Source: an uncultured bacterium (GTDB taxonomy: Bacteria; Verrucomicrobiota; Verrucomicrobiia; Verrucomicrobiales; DEV007). Taken from it: a DNA stretch of 64,000 nucleotides. Below the pieces are notes generated by a model that was given only the letters and a program-made list of their open reading frames with translations, was not told the origin of the DNA and did no database searches. This document shows positions 42,007 to 52,225 of this stretch, piece after piece. Made by a program: the position numbers and the translations under genes. The stretch is taken from positions 160,001 to 224,000 of the forward strand of contig CAXBMO010000002.1 in NCBI GenBank assembly GCA_963977015.1, written 5' to 3'. The first letter of the stretch is position 1, and the number at the start of each line of letters is the position of its first letter.

Positions 42007-43038
42007 ATGAATCGTCGCCAATTTCTCGCACTCTCAGCCGCATCCGCCGCGTCCGTGGCTCAACTTTCTGCCGCTTTAGGGAAACCCATGGGAATCTCGA
42101 TCGCGTCTTATGGAATTCGCTGGCGAGCCCGAAAGACTCCCGCTGGCGCCGGTTGGAAAAACGCCCTGGACGTCATCGCGCACTGCGAATCCCTCGGCAT
42201 CGGGTGCCTGCAGATCGGGGTTCGGGGCTGGCAGGAGGATTTTGCGGGAAAAGTGCGGTCGGCAAGGGAATCAGCAGGACTGATCCTGGAAGGCCAAATC
42301 GCCCTCCCGAAAGATGAAACGGACATTTCCCGCTTCGAAAACGAAGCCAAGCGGGCGAAAGAAGCCGGCGCGAAGATCCTTCGCACGGTTTGCCTTGGGG
42401 GGAGACGCTATGAAACCTTCCCGAATCACGAGCGTTGGGCTGAATTTCGATCCAATTCGATGAAGCGGCTAACTCTCGCCGAGCCCATCATGAGGAAACT
42501 CGGGCTGATTCTTGCGGTCGAGAATCACAAAGACTGGCGCACCGACGAGTTTCTTTCCATCCTTCGTCATTTTGACAGCGAATTCATCCAGGTGAATTTT
42601 GATTTTGGAAACAACCTTTCACTCTTGGAAAATCCATTGGAAGTCGCTGGAGCACTGGCCCCATGGATCGTGACCACCCATCTCAAGGACATGGCGGGCA
42701 AGGCTACAGACGAAGGCTTTCTGCTCAGTGAAGTTCCGCTGGGAACAGGAGTGCTCGACCTGGACGCGCTGATCCAAACGTGTTCTTCCCATCATCCCTC
42801 AGTTCAATTCAACTTGGAAATGATCACCAGGGATCCACTTGTGATCCCCTGTTTGAAACCGCAATACTGGGCAACCATGGATACGGTGGAAAATCGAGAA
42901 TTGGCAATGGCAAACACTCTTGCGATTCTCAAGTCCAATCCTGTCGAACTTCCAACCCTATCCGGACTCGATCAGACGCAGCAAATCACGTTCGAAGAGG
43001 AGAATGTCCGCAAGAGCCTCGCTTGGCCCCACACTTAA
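42007..43038 (+). CDS. Tat-exported sugar phosphate isomerase/epimerase (xylose isomerase-like TIM barrel)
   Basis: MNRRQFL Tat motif; AVENHKD, DFGN, THLKD, NLEM metal ligands. Confidence 0.9.
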   Translation: MNRRQFLALSAASAASVAQLSAALGKPMGISIASYGIRWRARKTPAGAGWKNALDVIAHCESLGIGCLQIGVRGWQEDFAGKVRSARESAGLILEGQIALPKDETDISRFENEAKRAKEAGAKILRTVCLGGRRYETFPNHERWAEFRSNSMKRLTLAEPIMRKLGLILAVENHKDWRTDEFLSILRHFDSEFIQVNFDFGNNLSLLENPLEVAGALAPWIVTTHLKDMAGKATDEGFLLSEVPLGTGVLDLDALIQTCSSHHPSVQFNLEMITRDPLVIPCLKPQYWATMDTVENRELAMANTLAILKSNPVELPTLSGLDQTQQITFEEENVRKSLAWPHT

Positions 43039-44948
43039 GAGTGCGGTGGATCAAACCGGACTTCGGCAGGATTATCGCTGGCGAACGCTGAGGCACTGGT
43101 CTTTTTCGGATTCTCCTCGGCAGCGAGTTGTCCCTGAGCCATCAAGGCAATACCAGCAGCAGCGGCTCCGCTTTTCTTGAGCATTTCCATCTTTCGCTTG
43201 TTGGAATGCCCGTAACGCTCGCGGCGAATCTTGAGGGAATTCTTCTCGTGGATTCGGTAGACAACGTTGCGCACCTCATCGTCGCGATAGAACTCCGCTC
43301 CAACCTTGTAGAGACGATCCCAAAGATGATAATCATCAGCCCCAAGTCCTACGGCGCGCTCCTGATAGTTGCCCGCCTGCAACACCATCTTGGTGCGGAG
43401 CAGAACCGATGAATGCGGCAGCATGTTGTCGTCGCTATTCCCCGTAAACATGGTCTCCAATCCTTTGTTGGGCCAATGCAGCCGAGGCATGATTTCACCG
43501 TTCTCAAGGGTCATCAAAAGGCATCCATACACGTCGAGATTCTTCTGATCCATCGTCGCAACAGCGCGCTCCAAATATTCGGGCACGAGCTGGTCGTCGT
43601 AGTCCAGCGGCTTGTAAAATTCCGTATCGCACTGAGCAACCGCCTGGCGATGCAACCAACTGCAATGTTCAATATCCGCCGTCACCCCGGTGCAGATGAG
43701 GGGGAGGCCGAAACGCTTGGCAAGCCGTTCGCCCATCGCCCAGGGACCGTCCACGAGTAGAATGACCTTGAAGTTCTGGTAGGTCTGGCAGCAGATACTG
43801 TTGATCGCATCCTCAAGGAGTTCTTCATCGACTCCCTGATGAATTCGAACCCCAACGGTCACGCGGGCACTCTCATGGCGCAGGCTCGTGTGAGTCAGTT
43901 TCCCGAGAACCAGGCTGTGTGCCGACGAGTAACCGGCCGCTGTCGAAAGATCTGCGACACTTGCCAAACAGTTCATGGGATCGAGCTTCGCCGCCTTGAG
44001 AATGGCGCCGTAGGCAACCTTGGCGAGAGCCTTGGGATTGTCGTTCCAGTCGATGAGATACCCGTTGTATCCGCGCTTGATGTAGTCAGCGATTCCGCAT
44101 GAACGCGTCACCACAACCGGCACCCCGCAACTCAAGGCCTCAGCTGCGGTCAGGAGAAATCCTTCCTTCTTGCTGTTTCCAAGCAGGACATGGCAGCCTT
44201 CCAACCGGTGACGGTAGTTGAAGGGATCAAAATCAAGCGGACGGAGATCAATGCGATCGGCCACTCCAAGCTTCTGCGCAAGCCCCATGAAATTCTCCAT
44301 AGCCTCCCCCTGAACCTTCAAGGTGTAGGCCAAACCCGCGGTCTCGGCGCCGGTCCAGATTCGGAGGATGATGCGGGGATCTTCCTTCAACAGATAGGGA
44401 AGCGACATCAAGCCCTTGTCCTCGAGCGGACGTCCCATCCACGCGACAACGATGCGGTCGCGATGATTGTAGGCGCCCTTGGCCGGGGTGAATTCCGTGA
44501 CCGGAGGCGGGAGAATACCGGCGCTGATGTGGCCGTTGTCCTTCATCCAGTCTTCGTAGCGGTCGAGAACCTTTTGGGAAACGCCGGCAACGGTCAATCC
44601 GCGGTATTCCTTGTAGGCCTTGCTGAAGTAGCGCCACCCGGCCTCGTCCCAGCTGTGAAGAACCAACGAAGTGGGTCGCTCCGCCAAACCGGTCAGGTTG
44701 CCGTAGCTGAGGAACCAACTCGAAGGATTTCCCGGAGCTTCTCTCGTGATGTCACCACATTCAAATCCGGCATCAACCGCCTTGTCGAGCAGCGGCATGT
44801 CGTCACTTTGGCAGTATAGAGTGGTGCGATCACGAACCCATTCGGGGAGAGCCTTGATATAGCGTAAAACTGCAGTTTGAGCGCCTCCGAGAGCCATATT
44901 GTGGGTCACGAAGCAAGGTGCTGTCTGAGGCAGTAGGGAATGGGCCAT
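43035..44948 (-). CDS. Two-domain glycosyltransferase (GT4-like plus GT2-like)
   Basis: LGGAQ, GR...KG, EGFLLTAAEALSCGVPVV (GT-B); SICCQTYQNF, LDYDD, ADDYHLW (GT-A). Confidence 0.88.
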   Translation of the reverse strand: MAHSLLPQTAPCFVTHNMALGGAQTAVLRYIKALPEWVRDRTTLYCQSDDMPLLDKAVDAGFECGDITREAPGNPSSWFLSYGNLTGLAERPTSLVLHSWDEAGWRYFSKAYKEYRGLTVAGVSQKVLDRYEDWMKDNGHISAGILPPPVTEFTPAKGAYNHRDRIVVAWMGRPLEDKGLMSLPYLLKEDPRIILRIWTGAETAGLAYTLKVQGEAMENFMGLAQKLGVADRIDLRPLDFDPFNYRHRLEGCHVLLGNSKKEGFLLTAAEALSCGVPVVVTRSCGIADYIKRGYNGYLIDWNDNPKALAKVAYGAILKAAKLDPMNCLASVADLSTAAGYSSAHSLVLGKLTHTSLRHESARVTVGVRIHQGVDEELLEDAINSICCQTYQNFKVILLVDGPWAMGERLAKRFGLPLICTGVTADIEHCSWLHRQAVAQCDTEFYKPLDYDDQLVPEYLERAVATMDQKNLDVYGCLLMTLENGEIMPRLHWPNKGLETMFTGNSDDNMLPHSSVLLRTKMVLQAGNYQERAVGLGADDYHLWDRLYKVGAEFYRDDEVRNVVYRIHEKNSLKIRRERYGHSNKRKMEMLKKSGAAAAGIALMAQGQLAAEENPKKTSASAFASDNPAEVRFDPPHS

Positions 44949-45056
44949 GGTCGATACTTTGGGTGTCTACAATTGTTAAGGCTGCTAAAGATTTACCACA
45001 ATCCTCATCTGGAGCAAGGGGCAACGTCGTGGTGGACGCTGCGAAGTGGAGCGATG

Positions 45057-45084
45057 TTCGAGAAAAGTGGTCACTTTTCTCGAA
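45057..45084. repeat. Perfect 13-bp inverted repeat
   Basis: TTCGAGAAAAGTG-GT-CACTTTTCTCGAA. Confidence 0.85.
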
Positions 45085-45147
45085 AGCGGCCTCGCAGTCG
45101 CATACACGGGCCCTGACTTGCGAAACTTCAGGAAATTTCTGCGAAAA

Positions 45148-46344
45148 TCAGCCCAGAGTCTCGACCCACCAAGTCAGCAGTCCCGCTTCCCAAAGGGTCA
45201 GCCCAGTCCAGAAAAACCCCATGCCCAGCAAAATCCAACTGGCAGGAACAACCAGGAGACTGCGGTACCAATTTTTCTTCCAGAAGGCTCCCAAAACGAT
45301 CCAGGTAACAAGAAATACCGCAAACAACGCAGCAATCTCGCCGAGCAAAAACCCCTGAAGTTCCTGAAGCGATCCCGAAGTCTCTGGTTGGGTACAAAAA
45401 CCGAGAAGCATTCCGACGAGCACCACCAAGGCGAACCGAATCGAGGTGACTTTCGATTGAGCGATATTACTCCAGGCCATCAGGATAATCGCGCCCCCCA
45501 ATACCAATTCCCCCAAGTAGGCCCAATCAGGAACGCGACCGACCAGTGCCAGCATTTGACCAAACACGAGCCCCAACACCAAAGCCAGAACTTGGGAAAA
45601 CCCACGAAAAAATCCCGTGGCCAATAGAAAAATCGCCACCGCCAACACCGCTCGTTTCGCATCATTGGAGAACAGCAATTTGGCTCCCGACAAGAGGTGA
45701 TCAACCATGGTGGGTTCCGATTCAGCGACGTCAACGTCCAGGAACGGGTCACCATCAACAGGTTCGCTTCCAACAAATCCCAGATCAATGGGCCGGCTGA
45801 ACTCGCCAGCAAACAGTGTGTGCGCCCGCTTCTGCATCTCGCCATCAATGATGACGACCATGACCAACGCGACATCCGTTTCCTCCGAGAGGCGCACCAT
45901 GAACTTCTCCGCATTTTCGGGAACGCGCCCCTTTGTCTCAGTGTAGAGCTGGGTGACGATGTCCAACCCCGGGAGCGGGTTGTCCTGTTCGACCGGTTCC
46001 AGTGGACTGAATTCCGCCTTCAGTTCGTCTTCATCGAAATGAAGCGTCACCGCGTTTCTCAGATAGTCCATCGCGGCTTCTTCAGGCGAGATCGTGTCAT
46101 TCAGAAGTGGATCTTCAGAAGCTTGAATCTCGAGGCTTAACGCAAACGTGTAGGAGCCATCACGCTCAAAACTCGCCTTTGCCGCGACTGCCTTGATTTG
46201 ATGAGCTTCCGACACACCGGGCACAAGAAGAAAAATCCCAACTTGCACGATCAAAAACGGGAGGAGAAAAGGTAGGCGGCCAAGCTGAATCACGGAGAAC
46301 ATTCTACAACGGTTGAAATCTCCCGCAAATGAAGCACAGATCAT
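45148..46344 (-). CDS. HupE/UreJ-like membrane protein with N-terminal soluble domain
   Basis: Signal peptide ending SEAH, soluble domain, then about six TMs with HupE-like layout; start may be ATG 46302. Confidence 0.6.
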   Translation of the reverse strand: MICASFAGDFNRCRMFSVIQLGRLPFLLPFLIVQVGIFLLVPGVSEAHQIKAVAAKASFERDGSYTFALSLEIQASEDPLLNDTISPEEAAMDYLRNAVTLHFDEDELKAEFSPLEPVEQDNPLPGLDIVTQLYTETKGRVPENAEKFMVRLSEETDVALVMVVIIDGEMQKRAHTLFAGEFSRPIDLGFVGSEPVDGDPFLDVDVAESEPTMVDHLLSGAKLLFSNDAKRAVLAVAIFLLATGFFRGFSQVLALVLGLVFGQMLALVGRVPDWAYLGELVLGGAIILMAWSNIAQSKVTSIRFALVVLVGMLLGFCTQPETSGSLQELQGFLLGEIAALFAVFLVTWIVLGAFWKKNWYRSLLVVPASWILLGMGFFWTGLTLWEAGLLTWWVETLG

Positions 46345-46443
46345 ATGCGTGAACAGTTAAATTTGCTTAAAAATACAGTAATTATAAACTTTTAACCTCA
46401 AGCTTGACCCATAGGTTAAAATCAACCAACCATTCCCCAAAAC

Positions 46444-47226
46444 ATGCGCTTTCTCCCCATTTTCTTAAGCATGGTTTTGCTTGATATCGCCGGGCTGTCT
46501 TTGACAGACGCCAAGGCTGTTGTGTATCTCGAAATCATCGAAGTTCCAGCGTCCGCCCCTTCCACTCCCAAAAAGAATCCGTTCGCGTTTGGGAAGAAAA
46601 GCGAGGCGCAGATCAAACCTGCCGTAACCTTGAGTGAACGCTTTGCCCTTACGGCGGAGGGGAAACGAAAAGCCAAGCAATGGGCCAACTCGAAAAGCCC
46701 GAACGAGACCCACCGCATCGTCGTCTACAAGTGTCCGGAGGTTCTGAAAATTGCGGGTACTCACAATACGGAAGTCGTAATCGACATTGGCAGACAAGCT
46801 GCATTTCTTCTGGTTGGTGGGGCGATCGGCCTCGAAACGGAAATTTCCACGGCCCGATCGGGGAAGGTCACCCCCAAAGGATCGTTCCAAATGACGGAAC
46901 GCGTTCGCAATGGGAAGATCTCCAACCTCTACGACGTCGAAATGCCCTATTGGATGCGCCTCGACAATACTCCCTACGGCGTTCATGCCGGGTATCTTCC
47001 CGGATATCCGGCATCCGCGGGATGCATTCGACTTCCCCATGTCGCTGCCGAGGTCATCTATCGCTACACGGCCCGTGGTTCGACCGTCGTCATCACCAAC
47101 TCGTGGCGTCCTTCTCCCAATTTGCCCAAAACCCCGAGCAATCATTCCCAGCCGCCCAAAGCAGGGCGCTTCAGTTCGGATTTGATGAATCCAACCATTC
47201 CGAAGTATCCGGAAATCGGTGGGTAG
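46444..47226 (+). CDS. L,D-transpeptidase (YkuD family)
   Basis: ISTA...TPKG, MPYWMRL, GVHAGYLPGYPASAGCIRL. Confidence 0.9.
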   Translation: MRFLPIFLSMVLLDIAGLSLTDAKAVVYLEIIEVPASAPSTPKKNPFAFGKKSEAQIKPAVTLSERFALTAEGKRKAKQWANSKSPNETHRIVVYKCPEVLKIAGTHNTEVVIDIGRQAAFLLVGGAIGLETEISTARSGKVTPKGSFQMTERVRNGKISNLYDVEMPYWMRLDNTPYGVHAGYLPGYPASAGCIRLPHVAAEVIYRYTARGSTVVITNSWRPSPNLPKTPSNHSQPPKAGRFSSDLMNPTIPKYPEIGG

Positions 47227-47330
47227 AAGTTAAGGGTTGAGCGATTCAGGCCTTTCGAGGTTCATCTCCAAATCGAACTGCCCACTGAGTTCTGGTTTGC
47301 GCCCCGGTTCAGGCGAGTTACTGCTAGGAC

Positions 47331-48683
47331 ATGAAACCTCTCGCTCTTTTTTGCTGCTGGTTGACCATCGCTAGTTTCGGATTCGCCGCAAAGCGTCCCA
47401 ACATCATCCTCATCATGGCCGATGACATGGGGTACGAATGCGTCTCGGCAAATGGCAGCAGGATGTATCAAACGCCTCATATTGATGCGCTCGCTGCAAG
47501 CGGAATGCGATTCGAGAATGCCCATTCCCAACCCATTTGTACTCCGTCGCGCGTTCAGATCATGACGGGAATCTACAACAACAAAAACTACATCAAATTC
47601 GGCCTCCTCGATCCCGAAGCCACCACCTTTGGCAATCTGCTTCGCGACGCCGGATACAAGACCTGCATCGCTGGCAAGTGGCAGTTGCAGGGAGGATTCG
47701 AAGGCGTCAAAAATTTCGGTTTTGATCGCCATTGTCTCTGGCAGCTGACCCGACGGCCAAGTCGTTACCCCAACCCTGGTTTGGAAATCGATGGCGAGGA
47801 GAAGGATTTCAAGAATGGAGAATTCGGCCCTCACCTGGTTTCCGACTACATCTGCGATTTCCTGACGGAGCACAAAAGCTCGGAGGATCCGTTCTTCGTT
47901 TACTATCCGATGATTGAGCCCCACTGGCCGTTTTTGCCAACTCCCGGCAGTGAGGATTGGGACCCCACGATGTGGCGCAACCAAAAGAATGAGCCGGGTG
48001 GATACAAGGATCAGAAATACTGGGATCTCATGGTGACGTTGACCGACAACATGGTCGGCAAGGTCGTCGCAAAACTCGACGAATTGGGACTGCGCGAAAA
48101 CACCCTGGTAATCTTCACCTGCGACAATGGCACTTATACCGGCGTGAAATCGACCTTTGCCGACGGGGAGTATCCCGGAGGAAAGGGAACCCCAAAAGAC
48201 AATGGCACCCACGTTCCTTTTGTCGTGAGCTGGCCTGGAACGACGGGCGCCAATCAAGTCCGAGAGGAGCTGGTCGATTTCAGCGATCTCCTTCCCACAC
48301 TGGTTGATGCGGCGGGCGCTGAAATTCCAGGCAACCTCGATGGGCACAGCCTCATTCCTCTCTTCAAAGGTGATTCAAACTACACGGCTCGGGAAACAAT
48401 CTATTGCTGGTATGAGCGGAACGGAGACCGAACGAAGGCGACTCAACATGTGCGGGATCAACGCTACAAGCTTTATGCAACCGGCAAATTTTACGATACC
48501 CAGACGGATCTTTTGGAAAAAACCAACTTGGCGGCAAACGGCGTCCCGGAAGAACTCAGTTCAGTTCACGCGAAACTCAAGGCTGCTTTGGAACCTCATC
48601 TCGCGGCAACGAAACTCGCCGATCCAATCCAGTCGGCCAAACGCGGTGACGACAAGAAAAAGAAGAAACCAAAGAAGGGCTGA
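47331..48683 (+). CDS. Sulfatase (S1, Cys-type)
   Basis: PNIILIMADDMG, CTPSR, GKWQL, DNG. Confidence 0.95.
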   Translation: MKPLALFCCWLTIASFGFAAKRPNIILIMADDMGYECVSANGSRMYQTPHIDALAASGMRFENAHSQPICTPSRVQIMTGIYNNKNYIKFGLLDPEATTFGNLLRDAGYKTCIAGKWQLQGGFEGVKNFGFDRHCLWQLTRRPSRYPNPGLEIDGEEKDFKNGEFGPHLVSDYICDFLTEHKSSEDPFFVYYPMIEPHWPFLPTPGSEDWDPTMWRNQKNEPGGYKDQKYWDLMVTLTDNMVGKVVAKLDELGLRENTLVIFTCDNGTYTGVKSTFADGEYPGGKGTPKDNGTHVPFVVSWPGTTGANQVREELVDFSDLLPTLVDAAGAEIPGNLDGHSLIPLFKGDSNYTARETIYCWYERNGDRTKATQHVRDQRYKLYATGKFYDTQTDLLEKTNLAANGVPEELSSVHAKLKAALEPHLAATKLADPIQSAKRGDDKKKKKPKKG

Positions 48684-48691
48684 GCTCTAGA

Positions 48692-49678
48692 TTAGAACTT
48701 CATCGAGATCATTCCACGGCCGCCGGTCAGCTTCTTCAGATTCGCTTTGTAGATGTCCGGATCAACAATCGTCTTTTCGACTTCCCATGGCCTCGCGATG
48801 ATCACGCCTGCGTGACCCTTGAATTGATTCAGATAGTCCGATATCGATTTATCAATGATCACCCTGCGATACTGCTTCTGAGACGAGGCGTGCATGAGGC
48901 GCAAGACGCCGTCATTGGTTCGAATCGCAAGTCCCACATGCGAGCAAAACCCGCCCTGGTGCGTCGTCGCAATTCCCAGAATATCGCCATTCTGTAGTTT
49001 GGGCTCAATCAGCTTTACCTTGTTTTTCGGAATGTAGTAGACGGGAAGCTGGCTTACCTTCCCCTCTAACTTCGCCATCGTGGGTCGCAGGTCAGGGTTG
49101 TTTTTCAGATAGCGGTAACTCTTCCAGAGAATCGTCATTTCCTGACACTTCCGTTCCGTCATGGGCATCGCGTATTCGAAATCCCTGGTGATGTCATCAG
49201 CAACGCCACGAGCTTCGTTTTCAAAGAACCACTCGCTGAGGTAATGAATTCGCTGCAGATAATTCCCCGTGCAAACGCCTCCGCGATAGCGGGTCAGGAG
49301 AATTTGATCGAGAAGATCCTCCGGTTCAAAGCGGTCTTTCTCCTCAACAATCATTCGACTGAAACCCAAGCTGATTTCAAAGAAGCTCCAACAATCGAGG
49401 CCGTTCAGGTTCACCGAAGGAGCCTCAATGTGATCGTCGATTTCAAGGGTAAAACTCGTGTAGGGAAGCCCATGAAGCTCTCTTCCAAATTTGATCATCC
49501 GCTCTCCAATCGGAAGTTTAGCCCATCCTTCCGCTCGCGCCTTCGCGACAATTTGATCAAATTTCTTCTCGCCCTTGAAACGAACACTCAGGGGCAATTC
49601 TTTCCCAGCTCCCAGCGACGAAATTGGTGCCCAACCAAGGAAACTTGCGAGAAGCAAGAGCAGGATAGTCTTTTGCAT
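48692..49678 (-). CDS. DUF1460 N-acetylmuramoyl-L-alanine amidase-like protein (NlpC/P60 superfamily)
   Basis: LDCWSFFE, RYRGG, RIHYLSEW, SHVGLA, MHASS. Confidence 0.88.
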   Translation of the reverse strand: MQKTILLLLLASFLGWAPISSLGAGKELPLSVRFKGEKKFDQIVAKARAEGWAKLPIGERMIKFGRELHGLPYTSFTLEIDDHIEAPSVNLNGLDCWSFFEISLGFSRMIVEEKDRFEPEDLLDQILLTRYRGGVCTGNYLQRIHYLSEWFFENEARGVADDITRDFEYAMPMTERKCQEMTILWKSYRYLKNNPDLRPTMAKLEGKVSQLPVYYIPKNKVKLIEPKLQNGDILGIATTHQGGFCSHVGLAIRTNDGVLRLMHASSQKQYRRVIIDKSISDYLNQFKGHAGVIIARPWEVEKTIVDPDIYKANLKKLTGGRGMISMKF

Positions 49679-49755
49679 GATTAACATTAGCAGATTTTTA
49701 AGAAGTTAAAAGTTTTCTACCCTCTGCACGTCGCGTGCCCGCCTCGGCGCTGGTT

Positions 49756-50529
49756 CTATTCCGGCAATTTCGGAAGGTTCCAAAGGGACTCCACTTTGAG
49801 ATACTCGGACTTTGGAAGGGCTACGTAATGAGGATTTTGATTCTCTTCGAGCCAACGAATAACCCGAACCAGATTGCTCTCAGTCATCGTGGTGCAGCCA
49901 TGCGTGGTTCGGTCTGCGCCGCGGCGAACGTGGAAAAAAATCGCGCTGCCAAATCCTGGCACCGGCGGATCGGAATTGTGACGCACCTCGATTTTATAGC
50001 GATAGGCATAGTCTCCAAGGCGCATTCGTTGCGACTCGAACCACGAAGGCTTGTTGGAAGGACTCGCCTCAAAGTGTTGATTGTAATACTTGTTGGTCGG
50101 GTCGTCGATCCACGCGTCCCAACGATCCACCTGATTGTAGGGGTAGGCACCACCACCCGGAATCGTCGCCCCGTAACCAAACACCGTTCCTAGCTCAAAG
50201 AGCCCAGCCGGGGTGCGCCGATCACCTTCCCGCTTCATTCTCCCTTCAGGTTCAACCGGCAAAACACCTCGCCCCCAAGCCATGCCATTCTTTCCAAAGA
50301 GCACAGGGATCGGTTCCGCCCGCGTTGTTTGCCACCCTTCGTTCGTCTTGTAGAAACACCACATTTTGGCCCGATTACTGTCCCAACTATCGGCAATGCT
50401 GACAAGGAGCTGCCCGCAATCATTCGGCAGCTTTTTGGGAGGTTTGGCCTCGCACAGAGCGGAAAGTCCGAAGGAACATGCGATCGATAGCAGGACCGTC
50501 GCAGTGAACAATGAACGGGAAGAGATCAT
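49756..50529 (-). CDS. L,D-transpeptidase family protein (YkuD-like)
   Basis: KREGDRRTPAGLF, GSAIFFH...THGC. Confidence 0.88.
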   Translation of the reverse strand: MISSRSLFTATVLLSIACSFGLSALCEAKPPKKLPNDCGQLLVSIADSWDSNRAKMWCFYKTNEGWQTTRAEPIPVLFGKNGMAWGRGVLPVEPEGRMKREGDRRTPAGLFELGTVFGYGATIPGGGAYPYNQVDRWDAWIDDPTNKYYNQHFEASPSNKPSWFESQRMRLGDYAYRYKIEVRHNSDPPVPGFGSAIFFHVRRGADRTTHGCTTMTESNLVRVIRWLEENQNPHYVALPKSEYLKVESLWNLPKLPE

Positions 50530-50589
50530 GTCATGTTAGAGACGGTTCGTTTCTGAACCGCATTCATCATAGACGATCTCTCTGAAAAC

Positions 50590-52044
50590 TCAATCAGCAG
50601 GCACCGGGGGCAACAGACCGTGGCCGAGTGGAAGGTCGCTGTTGTTGGGACGGCGGGGCAATTTCGGCAATTCCACATCCGTGGGTGCCTGATAGCGGTT
50701 TCTGGGAGTCTGTGAGTCTCCGCCGCCGCGCAGCCCGGATAGAATGCCGCCGGAACTACTGCTTGGAACCGTAAGAGAAGGCGGCGTCCGAAACCCGGCG
50801 TCGTAGGAAGACCGTCCAGCTTCGTTTTCGCGAGCCCGGCGCAAATCCTTGGTTTTCATCAATCCCTTCTTCCCGTTGGGGAGTCGAACAGAGCTCCACT
50901 CATCACCTGCTTTGTCCATCGTGAGGAGCAGTCCATTCGGAATTGGAGTGTGCCCTGAAGCGAGGGCATCGCCAAAGGGATGAAATTCCGCTGTTCCATT
51001 GGCCGAAACGACATATTGGGACGGGTCGGAAGACAGCGGCACATTGGAAACCTCAGCTTTTTCTGAAGCCCGAAAGCGCTTGATTCCATTGCTTGAACTA
51101 CCGGACTCATCGATCAGATCCACCTGACCAACTTCCATATCGTCCTGGCTACGACCAGCAAACGAAGGCAATGAAGGGAGGCTGAAATTGCGTTGTTTGG
51201 ATGGAGAACCAACGGTGGCGTCTTCTTCCGCACTACGCTGAACCGATTGATCCATACCAGCCGCCATTTCAGCCGGATTGTCGTTGCCACGGCGAACGCC
51301 ATCCATCAGCCTTGAAAGTCGCCCCGGAGAATCTTCTGCCACGGCGGGTTCCGTCAGGTTGGATGCCGGAGCATTCGATGGTTGAACGAGATACTGATTG
51401 AGCGAAGAATTTGCCTGAGCCAACGTCTGATCCGGAGCTCTCGATTCACCGCCGCCGGGAAGCATTTTGCCGGCAACACCGACGACCCCCTGCGTTACAT
51501 TACTGGCGAGCCCACGTGATTCTCCGCCCATGTTTCCGGCGGCATTACTCAGGCGCTGAAGTGGCCCCGCGTCTTCATCAATCAATCCGGCCCGGCGACG
51601 CTCAATGTAGGATTCATTGGTCATCACGGAATCCAATCCGTCACCAATGCTCTCCAGGAGCCCCCTTCGCTCACGAACCGGCTCGTAAGTCGTGCCTTGG
51701 CGCATTTTCTGGAGACGTTGGGTTTGCCAGGTTCCATCGGTAATTCCGGTCGATGCGGGATACTTTCTCCTCCGCGAATCTGCACTCTCCGGCTTTGAAA
51801 AGCTCGAAGTCGCATCCTTCATGATGCTTCTCAACTTCCGCGAACGTTCCAAGGCCATTTCTTCCTGGCGACGCTCATAGGTGCGGAGATCCTGCTGAAA
51901 TACGGGACCGGTCCCCGGGCCCATTTGTGACTCGAGTCGCGCTTGACTCGATGCCCGAAGAAGGTCATCCCGAGATTGCGCCGCTGAAGTTGCAATCCCG
52001 ACAGAAAGGAGCATCGGAATCGCAAAAAAAAGTTGTTTGTTCAT
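50590..52044 (-). CDS. Hypothetical secreted protein, largely low-complexity, with SH3-like domain near the C-terminus
   Basis: Signal peptide; the DEWSSVRLPNGKKGLMKTKDL segment resembles bacterial SH3. Confidence 0.7.
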   Translation of the reverse strand: MNKQLFFAIPMLLSVGIATSAAQSRDDLLRASSQARLESQMGPGTGPVFQQDLRTYERRQEEMALERSRKLRSIMKDATSSFSKPESADSRRRKYPASTGITDGTWQTQRLQKMRQGTTYEPVRERRGLLESIGDGLDSVMTNESYIERRRAGLIDEDAGPLQRLSNAAGNMGGESRGLASNVTQGVVGVAGKMLPGGGESRAPDQTLAQANSSLNQYLVQPSNAPASNLTEPAVAEDSPGRLSRLMDGVRRGNDNPAEMAAGMDQSVQRSAEEDATVGSPSKQRNFSLPSLPSFAGRSQDDMEVGQVDLIDESGSSSNGIKRFRASEKAEVSNVPLSSDPSQYVVSANGTAEFHPFGDALASGHTPIPNGLLLTMDKAGDEWSSVRLPNGKKGLMKTKDLRRARENEAGRSSYDAGFRTPPSLTVPSSSSGGILSGLRGGGDSQTPRNRYQAPTDVELPKLPRRPNNSDLPLGHGLLPPVPAD

Positions 52045-52225
52045 GTTGGTAGGGGAAGTGAGCGGCGATCATAACGTAAAGGGGATCAGGCGTCCATCCT
52101 TTCTTCCCCCTTCGGAACACCGGTTTTTTTCTTTCTTTCACGGTGGATTTGGGCAGTATTCAGGCGAACCCACATTTGGCCTTTTTCGCGAAAGGTAGGG
52201 GGCGGGTTCTCGACCAACTGCAAAC

